Assembly (NCBI GenBank): GCA_964016885.1
Contig: OZ024746.1
Coordinates: 39,308,001 to 39,372,000 of the forward strand
Source: Eledone cirrhosa
Lineage: Eukaryota
DNA length: 64,000 bases
Direction: 5' to 3'
Part shown: one piece after another, positions 52,308-64,000 of the stretch
How positions within the stretch are numbered: position 1 is the stretch's first letter
Layout: each line of letters opens with the position of its first letter
Made by a program: the position numbers and the translations under genes
The notes under the pieces: model-generated
What the model was told of the DNA's origin: nothing
Seen by the model: only the letters and a program-made list of their open reading frames with translations
Database searches by the model: none

Positions 52308-53867
52308 AGCAAAGTACCACAGCTGAGGCTATGCAGGAGAAACACCTTCAGCTGTACAAAAGCATTTGGGAAGAAAGTATTTAAGATTTTAAAACTGAAA
52401 GGATACTAACAAACTACTTCACTATGTAAATTACAGCAAGGATTTACCTGTATTAACACACCTGTGATTATATTTTCTACAAATATAGTTTATATGGTCA
52501 TCTTTTTATGATGTAAAAATGATTTCATATAGCCACATTGCTAACTATTGAATGTGGAAATCAGCTTTGTTATATAGAAAACCCCTCTCCTCACCTTTTT
52601 CTTTGTGAATTTCTCTCAACAAATATTTCCATTTCACAAACAATTCTCAGGCCCTTCTGGATCTGCAGAGCTTTCAGATAACATACACGTTCTTTTTTAA
52701 TATTCATGTATGTGATTAAAGATTATGGCCAAGAGAAAGGTATCCATATTACAAGGAATATAAAAATATATTGTATTTTAATCTTAAAAATTGGCATGTC
52801 ATTTTTATTGAATCTTGTACATAACCATAGCAACTAAGGAAAGCAGTGATATGGTTAATTTTAGGTATTTTATGTTACAAAACATCTGGATATTTTAATA
52901 GAAAAGCTACCTAACTGCTAGTTTGAAATACAATACAAAAATAAAGAAGCTTCTGTTTAATTTCATGTTAAATTGAATGAAAAAGTAAATATTTAAAATA
53001 TATAAAAATTAATGAAGATGTGAAAAGAACATGAATGTATTGTTATAAAACAGAACTTGGATGCCAGTAAAACCATATTAGATATTAAAACAAATTGTGT
53101 ATAGAATTATATTTTCTGATGGCAATATGATATACGGACAATATGTATCAGTGTTTAAGGAGGACATATTCAATCATTTGTATGAAATTCATTAACGGGG
53201 AAACTTTTCACTAATATTCAAAATATTTACACAAGAAATAACTCGAATAAGAAGACAATGTAATAATAGCAGATGGTATCTTTACAAGATAGAAAATATT
53301 TGATAATACACTAGCAGAAGACTGTAGCAGCAAGCTGTATTAATATCTTACAAGAAAAAAAATCTAATGAAAACAAAAGGTGAACTAAAGTATGTCTAAA
53401 ACCTTATTCTAAATAGCTGTTACTTTCAAAACAAATATTTTTGAAACAGTAAGAAATATTTTAGTCGTCTTTCTTTCATTTTTTTTTAATGATTTGTAGC
53501 TAGTTTTAATTTTTTTTCTATACATTATGATGGTTTTAAATCTTTCATTACTAAATTTCTGTTTCTATGCTTCAATTCATTTTGTCAAAAATTTGGAAGG
53601 ATTTAGTAATATAAACTCACATTTTCTTATTTATCTGGTATTTGGAACATAACTTAATACTGGTTTGTATACAAAATTATGATGGAATGTTTTAAGTTAA
53701 ATATAAACCTTCTAAAACAAATAGGTTTGTGTTATATAATATGAAGTGGTTTCAGGCAGTTTGGTATTGAAACGGTTAATGTTAACTAAAATTATGGGGG
53801 GGGGGGGTGAAATGAGTTAAAATTAGAATAAATAATTTTGAGAAGTAAAGTAGGAATGGTATCCAGC

Positions 53868-53903
<36 letters not shown>

Positions 53904-54154
53904 ACCAAACAACCCTAGTGTAGGTACCATGATAAAATGTACTTGCTAGAAAGTGATAATGTTTGTAAGCAAGCTGTGTCTCCCACGGCCTGTGTGAGCA
54001 CTTGGTTAAGTGTGGGAACATACTTAAGTAAGACGCAAGCTCCCAGCCACCATGGGGTTAGTAGCCCTGCTGATAACCCGTCCAACACTATCAGAGTAAG
54101 CGCATGTTAAATAGTTAAACAATGAAGAGGGAGAAAGAGTTTTTTCTTGTTGAC

Positions 54155-54316
54155 CAGAATTTCCCCAAACTTTTTCAAATGCGGAACCTTTTTTGTTTCA
54201 GAAACTTTTGAGGGAACCCCAAAGTCTGTTATATGGTCATAATATAAATATACTCCTATACCTTTTTTCACAGAACCCCAAACAATCCTTTGCAGAACCC
54301 AATTTGGAAACCACTT
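54155..54316. mobile_element. Short hAT-like MITE
   Basis: CAGAATTTCCCCAAAC ... TTTGGAAACCACT ends, repeated G(G/A)AACC motifs; TSD not clear. Confidence 0.55.
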
Positions 54317-55102
54317 CACTACACCTACACATGATTATTGTTTATGTTGTGGTACAAAAATGTAAAGCTGCTCAATGCAATATTATGTTAGAAGTGTGTA
54401 GAGCCTCATATGTACAAATTTATTGTAGACGTGTTGTCAGAACTAGTATAGGTCAACTAAGTACTTTCCACCTTTTGTCCTTTTATATTGGAAGTTCAAC
54501 CCCAGATTTAATAAAAGGAGTACCATTCATATAATGGAGTGAAGTTTAGTGACTATATTACCCTACAGCAACATTGGCCTAGTGCCTGGCCACAGCCCAC
54601 CAATTCAAATATGAAGTATGCATCCTAAAGATTTTCTCAGTTGAAAACACAACTTATCAATATACATTTGCTTGAACACACATGTAGACAAATCTATACA
54701 TATATACACCCACATATATATGCATACGTATACATGTATATCTTACACACAATGACCAGATTACTTTGAGAACAATATGATATATCATCTTCCAAGTTAC
54801 CATTAATCAAAGTTATACAATACAACAACATACAACCACTTCAAAATAGGTGTCATATACCAAAGAAGATTATTTCATGAAGCTTGTTTCTGAAGGTTTT
54901 GTACATAAGCTTAAAACTAGATGGGAATGATAGAAGAGAAGATGAGTATTGGATTACTGATCGCTTACATAAGTAAAAGGTCAGAAAATGGACTGTCATT
55001 GCTGTGCATACTTTGTTTTTTGTTACGACACTGATAGTTGATGTAAAATGACTTTAACCAGGAATTGAAATCTCAACTAAATGAACACTTATAGAACATT
55101 AA

Positions 55103-55320
55103 TCCTTTCGCATTTAAACTGGCTGTATCTGGCCAGAATTCTCTCACCTCTTTCTGCTCAAACTGGCTGTAACTGGCTGCTCATACCAATGTTAAGGTAT
55201 TGTTCTCAAAATAAATATCAAAATCTCACAGATTCAATATTATGTGAGATAATTATGTAAGATAAAGCCTTTACCATGAAAATACAATAGCAAATGTAGA
55301 GTAATGTAAATGCGAAAGGG
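55103..55320 (+). mobile_element. piggyBac-like MITE family A, near full-length
   Basis: TTAA|TCCTTTCGCATTTA...TAAATGCGAAAGGG|TTAA. Confidence 0.9.
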
Positions 55321-56587
55321 TTAATGTGATTAATATCTAGCATTAAGGTGACGAATTGACAGAGTTGCTACAATGTTGGAGAGAGTGCTTTGTGGTATTC
55401 GTTCTAGCTCTCTGAGTTCATATCCAACTTTGTCTTTCCTCCTTTCGAGGTCGATTAAAAAAAAAGTACCAGTCTATTCTTCCTCCCTACCTCTTTCTTA
55501 CTTCCTATCCTTCTCTGGAAGAAATCAGCTGTATTCAGGCCTGAAGAGATCGACTCCGCCAGGCTTAAAATTCACAAGAAACGCTGTATGTCAATATGGT
55601 GCCCCTATGACTCCATTAGGAATGGGTGAGACTATGATATATAGGTGTGAAATACTTAACAACATGTTATATTTTGACTACTTTTAACTAAGCTTGACCA
55701 ACCGATGTCTGTATTTTGAACTTATTGAGCATTGCTTTTATGAAGATTCTAATTAAACAAACTGGATCATTTTATGAACATCAGTGTTTCAGAATCCTAG
55801 TATTTAACTTAGTTTCTATTTACATTTAAAAGTTTACAATAAACCTCCTACTGTATAGAGTGTTAGTTTATAGAGTCAGTAACATTGTTCTGTTGCATAT
55901 TTCTATCAAGATCCACAAGGTTTTACAAAAATAAATAAAATAAGCATGTACATTTATTATCAATTACTACAGCTATCGATTTGGCAGTCATTGGAGTGTT
56001 GGATATTTGCTCCAGGTCTCTACATTCTGTGTTTAAATTCCGCCGATGTCCACTTTGCTTTTCATCTTTTCGAATCAATAAAGAAAATACCAGAACGTTG
56101 CTGCTGCTGCCCTTTCACTTTCTAGCTATCACATCCTAAATGTTCCACTGGATCAAAGGTAGGAGAGCTGAGAAGATGCTGTGTCTGCGCACAATTGCAG
56201 AGACACCTAAAACCTTTAGTAAAAGTATGCCACATACTACCAAGTCATACTCGATTGCGAGTGATGGCCATAGTTTTTTTTTTATTAATTCTTAAGGAGG
56301 TAGAATGACTGAAAATTAATGTGCCAGACGACTGACCATATTAAACTTACAAACAAGTTCCACACTTGAGTCATTAACACTAAGAGTATTCAGATGTAAA
56401 AAAAAAATAAAAAATAGAAAAAAACATTTGCTACTATAATATATAAATGACCAAATTGGGACATCTCACTAACATAAATAAACATATGTAAACTGAAGGA
56501 AAAATAAAGTATTTGTAATATAACAAATATACAAAGGAGCAGTCCCTTATTTGAATACAGTTTGGGTCTCTCTTGTAACTGGATTTA

Positions 56588-56631
56588 TGTTAATAATCTG
56601 TACTCCTCTTTAGGAGTACAGATTATTAACA
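56588..56631. repeat. Perfect 20-bp-stem hairpin with 4-nt loop
   Basis: TGTTAATAATCTGTACTCCT-CTTT-AGGAGTACAGATTATTAACA. Confidence 0.97.
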
Positions 56632-57227
56632 GTCTTAAAATTTATATAGTTCCTTTAAAAAATAGAAAGCATCACAATACATATCAACAGTCGCAAAACT
56701 TTATTAAGTGAAGGGATTTCCCACAACTTTTCACTTTAAGGAGTTTTACAGTATACAAATAGCATACATCTCTATTACACAAACTGTGATACAACCATTG
56801 CTGGTGATCAGCCAGCTGTCTCCCACATTTCAATGCATTTAACTATGAAATTACCACTTAAACTGTATTGCACCCTTCTTCCATCAAGTGACTTCCTCAT
56901 TCTTCCTATCAACAGCTATAACGTTTGAATAGATCATCAGATCTACATTCAGCCTCAGCAATTAACTCAAGTTAAAATCCTTTGCTGAAGCCAAATAACT
57001 TCCAACTCTTGGCTTCCTTTGCAGCTTGGCATTAAAAAAAATGGATGGGAAGGGCTTCTTAATTTATGTTAGAGAGGAGAGTTGCTTTTCTAGTTGTTTA
57101 GGAAGAGTAATATTATGTTCTCAAAAATAAGTTTGTAAACCTAGTTAATTCTAATTTTTATATATGCTTGTCTACAAACATACCTACACCCACACACATA
57201 TGTATATACATACATTATATATATATT

Positions 57228-57400
57228 TGGCAGTATCGGTAGAGGGTCGAACACCATGCTTTGACGCATAGAGTTACGGCCCTTGCCATTCTGAGTTCAA
57301 ATCCCGCCAAGGTTGACTTTGCCTTTCATCCTTACGGGGTCGATAAAATAAAGTACCAGTAATACACTGGGTATTTGCTGGCCTTGTGCCTAAAGTAGAA

Positions 57401-57401
<1 letters not shown>
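57228..57401 (+). mobile_element. Major SINE, short variant, flanked by (TA)n
   Basis: TGGCAGTATCGGTAGAGGGTC...GAGTTCAAATCCC...GGCCTTGTGCCTAAAGTAGAAA. Confidence 0.9.
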
Positions 57402-57458
<57 letters not shown>

Positions 57459-57493
57459 GTTTCTACTTTAGGCATGATATATAGATATATATA

Positions 57494-57829
57494 TCATCAT
57501 TTCATTTTACATCCACTTTTCCCTGCTTGCAAGGGTGGGACGGGGGAACTGATTCTGGCTTGATTTCTACAGCTGGATGCCCTTCCTAACACCAACCTCA
57601 TTTACAGTGAGTGCTGGGTGTTTTTTTGCCGTGACACCTCCACGACCACTTTGCAGTGGGATGATAGGGACCCCAGTCCCTATCATCTCATTTCTACAGC
57701 TGAGTAAACTGGAGCAATGTGAAATAAAGTGTCTTGCTCAAGGAAACAACACATCACCCGGTCTGAGAATTGAACTCACAACCTTTCGATTGCAAGGCCA
57801 ATGCTCTAACCACTAAGCCATGTGCCTCC
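57494..57829 (-). mobile_element. CORE-like SINE with RTE tail (close copy of 6076-6406)
   Basis: End-to-end collinear with 6076-6406, scattered substitutions only. Confidence 0.88.
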
Positions 57830-58304
57830 ATATATATATAATAGAAAAAAATGAGAATTTACGTACATCAATACTCATCTTTTTCCATTTCTTAGGCTTC
57901 TAAACCCCACTATCAGGCTAAATTTTCTTTAGTCAAAAATATGGCGAAAGCTTCTATTTATATATATATATATATATGTGACTTTATTTCAGACTCATGC
58001 AAAATTTATTTCAGTCATAATAGAAAGTGAAAAAAAATGTATTACATATAACCATTCAAAGTTCATGCAATGAATATTTCATATGAAAATGTACTTCATA
58101 GGGTTTATTTTTCATTTTTACACACACACACATTGAACTTCAGAAAATAAATGATGCTAAAGGCACTAAAAGCACTAAATTATAAAACATTCTTATATAT
58201 ATATATATATATATATATGTCAAGAGTTTCCATAAACTAGATAAAGGAAAAAGAGTGCTCCATGTTAAGTAGAGAGCTAAAGCATATTATGTGTTGAGAA
58301 TTTA

Positions 58305-58348
<44 letters not shown>

Positions 58349-58844
58349 TGTATATTTTATTGAACTAAAATTGCTTAAAATATCAAACAAATGTAAATAA
58401 TTTTTGTTGTTTAGATTTTTTTTTTTGATTTTTTATTTGTCTTGCTCCGAACGTTTTCTTTTAAGCTTTTCCTCTTAACTACAATCTAAGAAGATTATAA
58501 AAGTATATTCATAATCTGTTAGAAATCAATTATTGACATAATTTAAAGGTGAAAGACAGCCAAGTGCTGCCTAACTCACTGTTAATGATATTCCATAATT
58601 CCACTGATCATTAAGATTATTTATGAAAATTTTAATAAAAACACTGGCTCTCATGCCCTTAAAAATATTCTTACTATATATACACAGATCATCATCCTTT
58701 TAACATCTGGTTTCCTTGCTAGTAAGAGTTTGATGGGCATACATAGACCAAGTCAGTACTGAAGTGGGGCTACGGATCTCCCATACAGGCCAGGGATCTG
58801 TATCTCACTTATGTACGGTCTCATGCTCTACTGAGTGCTCAGGA

Positions 58845-59078
58845 GAGATTGTCATGTATTTGACACAACTGAGGGTCTTCCCATCTTTTTGTCTGGCAAA
58901 CCTTCTATGGCTCGATGTCCTTCCTATCACCAACCACTTTACAGCATGTGTTTGTGTAGGTCACCAACACTGGGAGGCTGTCATGTCCTTGGCATGACTG
59001 AGGGTCCTCTCAGCCCTTTGTATGGCAAACCTTCTATGGCTGGATGCCCTTCCTATCACCTACCACTTTACAGCATGT
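58845..59078 (-). repeat. Modular repeat, two tandem ~130-bp units
   Basis: TGTCATGT...ACTGAGGGTC...GGCAAACCTTCTATGGCT.GATG.CCTTCCTATCACC.ACCACTTTACAGCATGT twice. Confidence 0.85.
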
Positions 59079-59083
59079 AGATC

Positions 59084-59125
<42 letters not shown>

Positions 59126-59679
59126 TACATACACACACATATATTACATTATATATATATATATATATCTTGGTTGATGGATCTGGTTTTAATTAGCTGT
59201 TTACTGCAGTTAATGTGTGCCACAAGAAAATCGCAATATTCCTCTAAAGATATATGTAAAATCACCATTTAAAAAAAAAAAAAAGAACTTTTAGTTCCTT
59301 GATATTAATGGTCTCAACGTATTTTATCTTTGGGAGCATCACTTTCATACTTGCTAATTATGGTTAATTTTTCTTCAAATCTTATAAGTCGTCTAAGCAC
59401 TTTTACTACTTATGCTAGCAACACTTGCTTGTTTCAAGCTCATAATATGATAATAACATGTAAATCTCCAATTAACACTGCATCAAACAGTCAGCTTCTC
59501 AAATTTATACAGTTTATCATTTGACACAAATACTAAGGAGGATAGAAAGAAAAATAGTAATATATCATAGCAGAAAGCAACTGAACAAAGATCACATGTC
59601 TAAAACAACAAATCAAAGTAATACTTTCAGTAGTGGTTGAATGAAGGAAACAAAACTGAAAGGGACATTATACTACCAG

Positions 59680-60030
59680 TGGATTGGCAGTTTCAGTAGA
59701 GCGTCAGACGCCATTCTTTGCAACATAGAGTTACGGCCCTAGACAGTCTGAGTTTAAATCCTGCCAAGGTTAACTTTGCCTTTCATCCTTACGGGGTCGA
59801 TAAAATTAAGTACCAGTAATGCACTGGGCTAATTGCTGGCCTTATGCCAAAAGTAGAAACAATTATTTATCATTTTTTGGGGGGGATTGGCAGAATTGGT
59901 GGTGCGACGGACATGCTTTACAGCATAGAATTACGATCCTTTACGTTCCGAGATCAAATCCCATCCTTACGGGGTCGATTTAATTGACTTTCCCCTCTCC
60001 CAAATTGCAGGCCTTGTGAAAATTATTTAT
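59680..60030 (+). mobile_element. Tandem pair of major SINEs (short variant, then internally deleted long variant)
   Basis: Two GGATTGGCAG heads at ~59681 and ~59884. Confidence 0.85.
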
Positions 60031-63000
60031 CATTTCTTAGAATTGTATACTGCAGTAAATCACATTCTTACATGCAGTATTCAGATTTTGATAATCTACT
60101 AATTGCAAAAAAATCAGTAACCAACAATATTCAGTAACCACAATAATCAAGGGATTGTTGACATATTTATAATCCTAACCATACCAAAATGAATGACATT
60201 TACACTAACTGGGAAAACTAGTTAGGCATGTGTATGTGTGACCAGTAAAACAACACAGACTTTAATTGAAAAATGTTCAAAATAGTTTACCAACAAACTA
60301 AATGATTAGACATGACTGACATATCAATACAATAATAAGGTGAGCAATTATAATTAGATGTTATTCCACAACCAAATAATTAGTTTGTCTTTGCACAGTT
60401 GTCTTAAAAAATATAAAACTACTAAAACTACCACCATCACATACTAATGGTTGCAATTTTCTGACCAAATCTGTTATCTATATGTTGGTAACTAAAACAA
60501 TCTTTAAACCTAGTAAACCTAAAAACATTGTTTAACACAAAGCCCTTTTACTGAAAGTTGTATATCTTGGTTTCGCCAGGGGAGAAAAAAAACATTTAAC
60601 TGTATATCTCTGATAGAAAGACTATAAACATTGTTTTGAATAATACATTTATGCAAAAGTACCATGATTTCTTTTTCAAGAAATTGCTCAATTGGCCAGT
60701 CAGTTGTCTGTTTCCTAGACAAAAACAGGTATCATGCTAGTACATATACACATAAGTATAAATCATCATTTAATGCCTGTCTTGCCTACAAGCAAGGGTT
60801 GGATGGTCTTCAGAGACCAAGTCAGTACTGAAGCAGAGCTACTGACCTCTCAGATGTACCAGGGGCCTATATCTTGCTTACAAACATTCTCACACTCTGC
60901 CAAGTGCATTTTATCATGGCACTAGCACTAGGGAGGTTATCATAGAAAAATTCCCCTTTTCATACTTTTACTTTACTCTGTTCCTTTTCATGCAATAAAG
61001 TTTAATCTTGACATTGTAAAACAAACTACATGTAATTCTCCTTTTTTAATACCTACTCCTTTTCCAGATAAGTAGCCTACATAAAGGCACAACATTAGTA
61101 GATACAATGGATACAAACTCATGACTTGCAGCCTTTCTTCACTGAATTTAGAACATATTAAACTAAGGGTCCTAGTTATACAAAATGATGAGATGGTCAT
61201 GCCTGGAATACCTTTGATCATAAGTCTTCTGTCTTTAGTGGGACTAAACAACAAAAACATACCCGAATTTATGATTAATCCCATACAAACAATAAGAAAA
61301 AAATATTTCTATACAATAAACCAGAATGCTGAGCAGCTGGATGTGGCTAATAATTTAGCATAATCTATTCATATATATATATATAAAGGAGATTATTCAC
61401 ACATAAAGACTAAGAAAAGATTGTGACAACAAGCAATGTTTATTGTATCTTGCTACTGAAGTCATATTTTCTAACAGCAAGCTGTAGTTGATGTAGTTAT
61501 TTAGCAAGTTTTCAACGAAATGACAATAGAGCATTTAGTATTAAGTAAAAGGAATGATTCTGTATCAAAATTACCACAAATTTAATAAGTGTTTAGCATT
61601 GTTGTAAAGTAGATTATTTATAACAGTTCCCTTTCATTCAATGGTGAGGCTATGACATGTAGAGGTGTGAATTACTTAACAACATGTAATATTTTGACTA
61701 CTTTTAACTAAGCTTGACCAACCCATGCAAGCATGGGAAGGAGGATTTAAAACAGTGATGAGGATGATGATAAGCACACAGGCACCTTTTGCTAGGGAAA
61801 AAAATAGTTATAGAAAACTGAATCAACCATAGTACTACTTATCATATGGACTCCAGAAAATGGAAATCAAAGTTGACTCCAGCATATTCAAACTTGCAAT
61901 AAAGAAGAACTAAACTAAGTCTGACGAAGCACAATTTCTGAAAACTCTCCACCATAATATCAAATCTCTTGATCCACTTATTCCTAAGGTCATGAGAGCA
62001 GTGTCCTCAGTCATGCCTTCCAGAGGGTCTTATCAGAAGCAACTGTCTCCAAATAATCTGGCTGGATCTCCAAGCAAGACCAACCAAACTTATGGATATT
62101 ATCCAACCATCTTGCTCATGGACAACTTCTGGGTCTCTTGCCAGCTGGCTAAGCCTGTAAAATCTGTCCAGCAATTCTTTCCTAACACCTTCTAACCACT
62201 GGGTGCATTTTATTTAGGTACCAGCACTAAAATGTTAGGTATGATAGAACACTTTGAAATGGTAAAATATTTTTTAGTAAAAGCAACTAAGGTAGTAAAT
62301 ATTGTTCAAATAAGTTATAGTTGTTTGTTCACTATGTGTATATCTTCAAGACAATCCTTAAATAGTTTTAAATCAAATTACAAAAACTTTTATATAATTT
62401 ATTTTCTGTTTCTGCTCTGCCATTTACCATAAAAGTAATATGTCATTGTGGAATATCATCCTTCTAGAAGGGATGCTTGTCTGTTGTAGATTTTCACTCA
62501 AGCAACTCTAAACTAATGAAACATTCTCCAATTATGCAATATTCTCACTGCTTACACCAGCTAGCTCTACTTTTTTCATGGTTCAAGTTTACAGCCATGT
62601 CTTTGGATCATCATCATCATCATCACTGTTTAATGTATTTTTTTTCCACGTTTGCATTAGTTAGAGGGGCTGTCATATTATGAGGCTAGACAGGTGACCA
62701 TATCTTGCTCATACGATCTGGTTTGGGTTTTCTCTAGCTGGATACCCTTCCTAATGCCGTCCATATTTCAGCAAGTACAAGATTATTTTGTGGTATCAGC
62801 ACAACCACCTTACAGAGTTGACTGGGAGTGAGCCATAAGTGTTTTTACAAGAAATAGTTTAGTATTGTTAACAGGCTATGATCCACAGCACTAAGTTAAG
62901 TAGGCTAGCATACTACTGTCTTGGTCAGTGTGTAACCTTTTATAAAAACATGAGATTATCTTCAAGATTTGGGTTGTAAAAACAATGGAAAGAAGTTACA

Positions 63001-63552
63001 CCAAGCATAATACAAAGTAGTACTTACTCTAACTTAAAACAGGCTTTAAACAATATGAATCTAAGAAACAGAGCAACTTTTGTATTAATCAGGAGGTGAG
63101 GTTATTATTTTACTACAAATAAACTCCTACATCAGCTATTGAAGCTAAAAAGGTGTCAATGGAGATTGTGACACCAGAATAAAAGATTATCTCAATGAAA
63201 AGAAAAATAGATTAAAAGAAAACTCTAAGTTCACAATATAATAATGTAGCCCACTTAATATATTTAAATTCTCAGAGTATAATAGTTGGATTAAACAAGA
63301 TGGTTGATTTAACAGATTCAGCAACTAAAATGAAAATAAACAAGAAAAAAAACAAAAGAAAAACTACAACTGAATAATGAAATGTAAAACTGTAAAATTT
63401 ATGAAGCTTAACCTTTTAGGTATGCAATTTAACATAAAATAAATAATAAATTGCAAAATATTGATATTTTAAAATTGAATTTTTATACTTTTTAAAAACT
63501 AAGACGATCAGAATCAATTATTGATGACAATTGTATTTAAAGAGTTGATTAA

Positions 63553-63786
63553 CCCTTTAGCATTTAGATTACTCTCTCTCTATATATATATATATACCGT
63601 TACATTTTCATGGTAAAGGCTTTATCTTACATAATTATCTCACATAATATCGAGTCTACGAGATTTTGATGTTATCTATTTTGAGAACAATTCCTTAATA
63701 TAAGTATGAGCAGCCAACTATGGGCAGTTTGAACAGACAGAGGTGAGAGAATTCTGGCCGGATACAGCCGGTTTAAATGATAAGGG
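63553..63786 (-). mobile_element. piggyBac-like MITE family A, reverse orientation
   Basis: TTAA|CCCTTTAGCATTTA...TAAATGATAAGGG|TTAA; body is the reverse complement of 55103-55320. Confidence 0.88.
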
Positions 63787-63840
63787 TTAAAGAAGTTGTC
63801 CATATAATTAGGATTTTTTTTTTACTGAGTCCAAAGATAT

Positions 63841-64000
63841 ATTTCAACCGGATGTATTCAGCCAGAATTCTCTCACCTCTTTCTGTTCAAACTGGTCACT
63901 CATACTGATGTTAAGGTATTGTTCTCAAAATAAATAACATCAACATTTCATGTGTGATAAAGCTTTTACCACAAAAATACAATAGAAAATATATAGAGTA
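63841..64000 (+). mobile_element. piggyBac-like MITE family A, forward copy running off the window
   Basis: GCCAGAATTCTCTCACCTCTTTCTGTTCAAACTGG...GTTAAGGTATTGTTCTCAAAATAAAT. Confidence 0.8.

Noticed and set aside
55620-61724. ~85-bp direct repeat at 55620-55704 and 61640-61724 as ends of a 6-kb element
   Set aside because: No TSD or coding content between them; the second copy runs into an RTE-type tail, so these look like dispersed repeat fragments.

Overview
AT-rich eukaryotic genomic DNA, probably an octopod cephalopod (inferred from its SINE/RTE repeat families). The only host coding sequence found is one 235-nt internal exon of alpha-actinin on the minus strand (12117->11883, calponin-homology domain 1). 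I found no neighbouring exon by eye, so the rest appears to be two very large introns (>11.8 kb and >51 kb) filled with repeats. These include about 20 copies of a tRNA-derived SINE (one 5-copy array), CORE-like SINEs, many RTE-type LINE fragments, a decayed Ty3/Gypsy element, a DD34D mariner relic, hAT, TTAA (piggyBac-like) and Tc1/mariner-type MITEs, microsatellites and several inverted repeats. Nearly all ORFs in the supplied track are spurious. I see no convincing new multi-gene system. The best leads are an RTE family with a PHD-like finger inside its reverse transcriptase, a tRNA-Ser half joined to an RTE tail, tandem splice donors on the actinin exon, and dsRNA-forming structures in the pre-mRNA. 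Repeat boundaries were read by eye and are approximate unless TIRs or TSDs are quoted.
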